A stretch of DNA of 10,640 nt from Candidatus Sumerlaeia bacterium (GTDB lineage Bacteria > Sumerlaeota > Sumerlaeia > SLMS01), in NCBI GenBank assembly GCA_038208905.1, contig JBBQYG010000145.1, forward strand, positions 1 through 10,640, written 5' to 3'. Both the position numbers and the translations under genes were made by a program. Under the pieces are notes generated by a model that was given only the letters and a program-made list of their open reading frames with translations, was not told the origin of the DNA and made no database searches. Position 1 is the stretch's first letter. Each line of letters starts with the position of its first letter. Of this stretch, positions 6,066 to 10,640 are shown piece after piece.

Positions 6066-6872
6066 TTACAATTCCAATTCCATCCACCGCGGCCGCCCAT
6101 AGTCGCTCGGGATCACCGCCGTGCCGATCGGCGACATGCCGACCCGATCCACCACTCCGTTCAGGCCAACGTGGGTGTGGCCGCTGACCACATAGCGCAC
6201 CTTCGCGTGCCGCCTGATTTCCTCCCCCAGCGTCAGGTGCCCGAAGTATGGGTTCCCCATGGACCACTGCGCGTCTTCGGGATGGCGGTCCATCTGCGAC
6301 TCGAACGCAGGAACGTGGGTCGCCACCAGAACCCGGTCCACGGCGGGGTTGGCCTCCAGCGCGGCCAAATGGGCCACAAGGCGCTCCCTGCAACGAGCTG
6401 CGAATTCAAGATCGTTGTACTCCCAATCCACGCGTACCGCATCCATGGCGAATCGCGGCTTGGTCTTGGCGATGTCATCGTCGGACTGGCCGTAGGATGG
6501 CTCCCTCGCGCTATAGTCATACCACGCGATGTTGCCGCAGACCCCCACGCCACCCGGTAGCACCAACGGCGCCTCGTCGAGCCAATGGAACCCCATCGAC
6601 CGCGTGATTGCCGGCAGGATCTCTCCATACAGCCCGATGCTCGTCTCCCCAAGGCTCGTCCACACGTCGTGATTCCCCGGCAGCACCGCCACCGGGCAGG
6701 AGAGCTGGAGGAACGGCACGAGGCACTGCTCGAAAAGGCGCGACGGATTCCCGAGATCACCGGCAAGCACCACCAGATCCGGATCCTCGCGATCCATCCC
6801 GGCGACGAGCCGGCGAATCGGCTCGATTCCTGTGATTTCAACATGCAGATCGGACGCGATCAGAACGCGCAA
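6066..6872 (-). CDS. Calcineurin-like metallophosphoesterase (268 aa)
   Basis: All five motifs are present: SDLH, LAGDL, PGNHD, THVP and SGHTH. Likely TTG start at 6872 ([10 protein letters not shown]) with GGAG upstream. No signal peptide. Confidence 0.9.
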   Translation of the reverse strand: MRVLIASDLHVEITGIEPIRRLVAGMDREDPDLVVLAGDLGNPSRLFEQCLVPFLQLSCPVAVLPGNHDVWTSLGETSIGLYGEILPAITRSMGFHWLDEAPLVLPGGVGVCGNIAWYDYSAREPSYGQSDDDIAKTKPRFAMDAVRVDWEYNDLEFAARCRERLVAHLAALEANPAVDRVLVATHVPAFESQMDRHPEDAQWSMGNPYFGHLTLGEEIRRHAKVRYVVSGHTHVGLNGVVDRVGMSPIGTAVIPSDYGRPRWMELEL

Positions 6873-6945
6873 CGGTCGAAACTCCGCGCATGGGGATGGA
6901 CGCGTCTTGTGTGGCGCGCGAGTCAGTGCGGCCAGCAATCAATAG

Positions 6946-6975
6946 GATTCCCCCCTCCTTCGCAAGGGGGGAATC
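6946..6975. terminator. GC-rich hairpin just downstream of the ggt stop (terminator/REP-like)
   Basis: GATTCCCCCC-TCCTTCGCAA-GGGGGGAATC is a perfect 10-bp stem. On the minus strand it is followed by CTATTGATTG, a weak U-tract. Confidence 0.5.
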
Positions 6976-6980
6976 AGCCA

Positions 6981-8672
6981 TCACGGCGCGGCGGGGGGAA
7001 TCAGCCTCACCGCTCCGTCGCGGCGGGGGTCGGCGGCGGCTCCCATTGCTGGCGTGCCGTCCGAAGCGGGCTCGATCCAGCAACCCTGCGCACCGCCGAA
7101 GTACGCGTCCATCTCGCCCAATTCCTGAGTCTTCCATTCGGCTCCGGGTGCCAGCAGGGCCAGCGCCTCTTCGATTTGCTCGGCGCTGTATCGCTTCTCG
7201 TAGGAGATCTTGCCGGCCTTCGTGTCCACATGGATGCGGCGACCGTTGATGGCGTCCTGAAGGCTCTCGCCAAAATCGATCTTCCTCACCATGATCTGGG
7301 CCATTGTTCCCGGGATGCGCGTCCCACCTGGCGAACCGACCGACGCGATCAGCTCGCCATCCTTCATCACCAGCAGCGGCGTCATGTTGGAACGCGGAAT
7401 CTTTCCTGCGGCGGGAAAATTGACGGAGTCCGACTCGAAATCGAAGTCGATCATTTCATTGTTTAGCAGGATTCCCAGCGACCCCACCATCACCCCCGCG
7501 CCAAAGAATCCGTTGATCGTGCTCGTCAGCGCCACCGCGTTCCCTTGGGCGTCGATGACCGAGAAGTGCGAGGTGTTCCCCGACTTCTCGTCCTTCGCGG
7601 CGGCGGGGGGGGCGGGGTTTGGTGGTGGTAGGGTGGTCCTTGCGCGCGCCGCATCGATCCACTCCCGGCTCGTCAGCTCTGCCATCGGGATCGTTGTGGT
7701 CGCCGGATCCGCCAAGTGCTTGCGCGCCGCTTCCTGCGCTGCTGCTGCCGCGCCGATATACAGTGCGAGGTGCTCCTTGGAATCCAAGCCGTATGACTTC
7801 AGGTCATAGGCCTCCAGGCACGCGAGAATCTGCAGCAACTGAAGCCCGCCGGAACTCGGCGGCGCGGCCGTCACGATGTCGTACCCGCGATAGGTGCCCA
7901 TCAGCGCCTCGCGCCAGCGCGGCTTGAAGTTTGCCAGATCCTCCACGGCAAGCACACCCCCCGCCGCCTGAACCGCGTCGGCGATGGCCTTGGCACCCAC
8001 GCCCGAATAGATTGCCGAGTCGCCCTCCGCAGCCAGCCGCCGAAGCGTGGCGCCCAACGCGGGCTGCTTGAGAATGGTCCCGGGTTCCAATGGAAACATC
8101 CCATCGGTGAGATAGGTGGCGCTGGCGGCCTCGCTTCCCATGAGCATGTCCATCTTCTCTTCCGCCTGGCGACTGAATAGCTCCGACACGGCAAAGCCCT
8201 CCTCCGCGTGGCGTATCGCCGGAGCCAGCAGCCGATCCAGCGGCATGGTGCCGAACTTGGCGTGGGCCTCCAGCAGTCCGCGCGCTGAGCCCGGCGTCCC
8301 GACGGAAAGGCCACCGCTCCGCATCGTGGAACTTGCCGGCTTGCCGTCCTTGGTGAAGTGCTGCTCCGTGAGCGCGGCGGGAGCCGTCTCGCGGTAGTCC
8401 AGGAAGTAGGTCTTCCCAGTTGCCGCCTCGCGATAGATCAGGAAGCCGCCGCCGCCAATACCGCTTGCCTGGGGCTCGACGACGTTCAGCGCAAAAGCAA
8501 CCGCGATGGCGGCGTCGAGCGCGTTGCCGCCCTCGCGGAGCACGCCTTCGCCTGCCTCCGCGGCAAGCGGATGGGCGGCGGCGACGGCGGCGCCACGCGA
8601 TGGCTTCAACTCTGCGAGGGCGTGAATGGGCATCAGAATCGACAGCAGCAGTGGGATGGCTAGAAGGCGCAT
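6981..8672 (-). CDS. ggt: Secreted gamma-glutamyltransferase (563 aa), CapD-like by context
   Basis: Signal peptide MRLLAIPLLLSILMPIHALA. Motifs HPLAAEAG..VLREGGNALDAAIA, EPQASGIGGGGF, LDYRETAP and PPSSGG. Autocleavage site N|TSHFSVID (Thr367, codon 7574-7572), plus STINGFFG, GSPGG and ADPRRDG. Confidence 0.95.
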   Translation of the reverse strand: MRLLAIPLLLSILMPIHALAELKPSRGAAVAAAHPLAAEAGEGVLREGGNALDAAIAVAFALNVVEPQASGIGGGGFLIYREAATGKTYFLDYRETAPAALTEQHFTKDGKPASSTMRSGGLSVGTPGSARGLLEAHAKFGTMPLDRLLAPAIRHAEEGFAVSELFSRQAEEKMDMLMGSEAASATYLTDGMFPLEPGTILKQPALGATLRRLAAEGDSAIYSGVGAKAIADAVQAAGGVLAVEDLANFKPRWREALMGTYRGYDIVTAAPPSSGGLQLLQILACLEAYDLKSYGLDSKEHLALYIGAAAAAQEAARKHLADPATTTIPMAELTSREWIDAARARTTLPPPNPAPPAAAKDEKSGNTSHFSVIDAQGNAVALTSTINGFFGAGVMVGSLGILLNNEMIDFDFESDSVNFPAAGKIPRSNMTPLLVMKDGELIASVGSPGGTRIPGTMAQIMVRKIDFGESLQDAINGRRIHVDTKAGKISYEKRYSAEQIEEALALLAPGAEWKTQELGEMDAYFGGAQGCWIEPASDGTPAMGAAADPRRDGAVRLIPPAAP

Positions 8673-9778
8673 GGCAGGTTGTCTCTCTGTGGGTTGACAT
8701 GGCGCGGGCCACGTGGGGCACGGCAAAGCAGGGCGATGCAGGGCAGGGCGATGCCCACGATCAGGGCGATGGTTCTCCGCGGGGCGGACAATGAAACAGC
8801 GGAAGGAATCCGATCAGACAACGAGTTCAATTGCCACCCATTCTGCGTCAGCAACCCGCGCAGATCGAGTACATTCAGCACGGGGACACCTCTCGCCAGC
8901 GATGCGGCCACAAGGCTCGCGGGTTTTTCCGGGGCGGCAATATCGCCGGGAAGAATCAGCCCCCGCGGAGTCGCAAGCGCCTCGCGTCCCGTGCCGAAGT
9001 TCGTGACGTGACCGCCTATATTGATATACAGAGCCACAGGTTCCCCGCCATCGAGGAGCAGCTCCTCGCGCAGGCGCAGGCTCTCCGCGCGGCTCTCCGG
9101 CAACGCGACGCGCGGCGCGCCAGTCTCCTTCGAGATGGCGTCGAGGCGTGCCATCAGGAACGCACGGTCGGCCCCCTCGAACCCCAGCGCGCGGTCGTCG
9201 TCGCCGCCGGGAGTGATCGCCACGATGGCCGGGGAGAAGTTGGCCTCCCGCACCAGAACCTTCTCCATCTCCCACAAGTCGAACTCCGGAATCGTGGCGC
9301 CGTGATTGGATGCGGCCAACGACCCCACGGCGCGCACGCGCAGGCCCATCGATTCCGCCGCGACACGGGCAGCGAGCAGTAGCCCGGGAAACGACCCCGA
9401 ACTCCCGATGCCGACGATATCGCCCGGCTTAAGACCGACCTCTGCAAACCATCGCCGAAACTGCACGACCCACACGGGATGGGCGGAAAGCTGCTTGGCG
9501 TCGAGGATTCCCTGTGTGGAGACGAGCGGACTCCACTCGATTCCCACGATGCCCGTATTGAGCGGATCGACCATCGCCAACTCGCGGCGCGTCTCATCGC
9601 CGATTCGCGCGTCGCGGGCGCGATGAAGCGTGGCGCGCGCGGCCAGAAATCTGTCCACCGCCACGCGGTCCGCCGGGGCCAGCGACTCACCCGTGCCTAC
9701 GCCGATCGACACCATCGCCCACGCCATTGCCAGCGCGGAGATGCCGAGGACCGAAAGCGCGACGAGCCGATTCACCAT
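8660..9778 (-). CDS. pgsW: Poly-gamma-glutamate system protein PgsW (372 aa), N- and C-terminal TM helices
   Basis: Motifs DPLNTGIVGIEWSPLVSTQGILDAK, GLKPGDIV.IG.SGSFPG, S..ASNHGA..P.F, YINIGG and GVPVLN match the family found with pgsB/pgsC (recalled as TIGR04332). Lies directly downstream of pgsC. Confidence 0.85.
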   Translation of the reverse strand: MVNRLVALSVLGISALAMAWAMVSIGVGTGESLAPADRVAVDRFLAARATLHRARDARIGDETRRELAMVDPLNTGIVGIEWSPLVSTQGILDAKQLSAHPVWVVQFRRWFAEVGLKPGDIVGIGSSGSFPGLLLAARVAAESMGLRVRAVGSLAASNHGATIPEFDLWEMEKVLVREANFSPAIVAITPGGDDDRALGFEGADRAFLMARLDAISKETGAPRVALPESRAESLRLREELLLDGGEPVALYINIGGHVTNFGTGREALATPRGLILPGDIAAPEKPASLVAASLARGVPVLNVLDLRGLLTQNGWQLNSLSDRIPSAVSLSAPRRTIALIVGIALPCIALLCRAPRGPRHVNPQRDNLPCAF

Positions 9779-10203
9779 CCCATCACCCCCGCCGCGATCA
9801 GCCGCGTGCTTCCCGCCGCCAGCGCCAGCGTCGCCAAAGTTGGCAACACGCCCTGCCGCGCGCAGGTGTCGGCCAGAACGCCCGGCACTACATAGCCGAT
9901 CACAAGAAGACCATAGGGCAGGACGCCGAACTGGGGGAGAAAGCCCAGCAGCCCCGCCTTCAACAGCAGTCCCGTCAGCACTAGAAAACCAAATCGCCTG
10001 CGGCCATAGAGAAGCATCCGCGGCTCAAGCAACCGATATACGCCCAGCGCCAGCAGCGCCACCGCCAGCGTGGCCACCACTTCCGATGGCTCGTGCAGCG
10101 CCAGCGCCACGAACCCCGGCACCACCACGCCACCCGGGGAGTAGCCCGTGATCTCCTCCACCAGAAGCGATACCACGATACCGATGGCAAAGATCGTCAC
10201 CAT
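9772..10203 (-). CDS. pgsC: Poly-gamma-glutamate biosynthesis membrane protein PgsC/CapC (143 aa)
   Basis: IGIVVSLL.EE.TG.SPGGVVVPGF.AL, LLYGRRRF and IGYVVPG.LA....RQG..PTL are diagnostic CapC motifs. GGAGG RBS upstream. Confidence 0.95.
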   Translation of the reverse strand: MVTIFAIGIVVSLLVEEITGYSPGGVVVPGFVALALHEPSEVVATLAVALLALGVYRLLEPRMLLYGRRRFGFLVLTGLLLKAGLLGFLPQFGVLPYGLLVIGYVVPGVLADTCARQGVLPTLATLALAAGSTRLIAAGVMGW

Positions 10204-10640
10204 GAGGAGACCTCCGCGCGCCGGCGCAGATCATCCCTCAGCATCGCGCCGTATCCGCCAGTATTCCCAACTAGGAAAGCGGTCCGTGGGGGGCCGTCGC
10301 CCGATGGCTCCCATCGCGGCGTATAGACAACGCCAGTCCGCCGGCGCCACCAGGAGGGCGGCGCCTCGCCGACGATGCGTAGCTCCGCTCCTGAAAGCAG
10401 GTGCCTAAAGGACTCAAGGCGCTCGCTCCGATCACGGCGATGGTTATAGACGTATAGACAGTCACCACGAGATTGCCCCGCGATTTGCTCCACGAGTGCA
10501 GCCGTCGATTCGCAATCGTTGGCTGAAAGAAGGTCATAGGCTACCATCCCGCCCACGCGATAGACGGCGATGCGCTGAAGATCGCGCGCCCTTGCCGCTA
10601 TCGCTTTGGCGATCGCGTCGGAGTGCAGCCCGCAATGCCT
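10197..10640 (-). CDS. pgsB: Poly-gamma-glutamate synthase PgsB/CapB, C-terminal part; 5'-truncated by the window edge
   Basis: Frame is open from 10640 (RHCGLHSDAIAKAIAARARDLQRIAVYRVGGMV...). It has SANDCEST (cf. AANDPxST), YNHRRDRSER (cf. NxRxDRxxR) and LVGNTGG (cf. GxGNIxG). It overlaps the pgsC start. Confidence 0.85.
   Translation of the reverse strand, partial: RHCGLHSDAIAKAIAARARDLQRIAVYRVGGMVAYDLLSANDCESTAALVEQIAGQSRGDCLYVYNHRRDRSERLESFRHLLSGAELRIVGEAPPSWWRRRTGVVYTPRWEPSGDGPPRTAFLVGNTGGYGAMLRDDLRRRAEVSSW

Noticed and set aside
5944..6393. Long N-terminal extension of MscL (307 aa ORF)
   Set aside because: It overlaps the metallophosphoesterase in another frame. MscL homology begins at MMGFVQEF.
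1..10640. CRISPR array, tRNA/rRNA, transposase, integrase or defence genes
   Set aside because: No regularly spaced repeats, cloverleaf or rRNA-like sequence, or matching protein motifs were seen.

Overview
GC-rich bacterial chromosomal window with no CRISPR array, rRNA, tRNA or transposase. Left to right it holds: the 3' end of priA (+); a minus-strand pair of a pseudo-receiver/GAF/histidine kinase and a secreted IPT-like/PKD surface protein; a secreted YceI protein (+) behind a candidate IHF plus sigma54 promoter; a 468-bp intergenic region with a strong sigma54 motif followed by hairpins (candidate sRNA); a degenerate PilZ gene with a sigma70-type promoter; a ~110-bp rod-like inverted-repeat element; mscL with a C-terminal CxxC-x10-CxxC tail; and a metallophosphoesterase. 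The right end is a tightly overlapping poly-gamma-glutamate operon on the minus strand: pgsB (partial), pgsC, pgsW and a secreted lid-less gamma-glutamyltransferase (CapD-like). The best candidates for something undescribed are this pgsBCW+GGT capsule/polymer system, the sigma54-driven structured RNA and the 113-bp hairpin element. All family calls come from reading motifs by eye; no database search was run.
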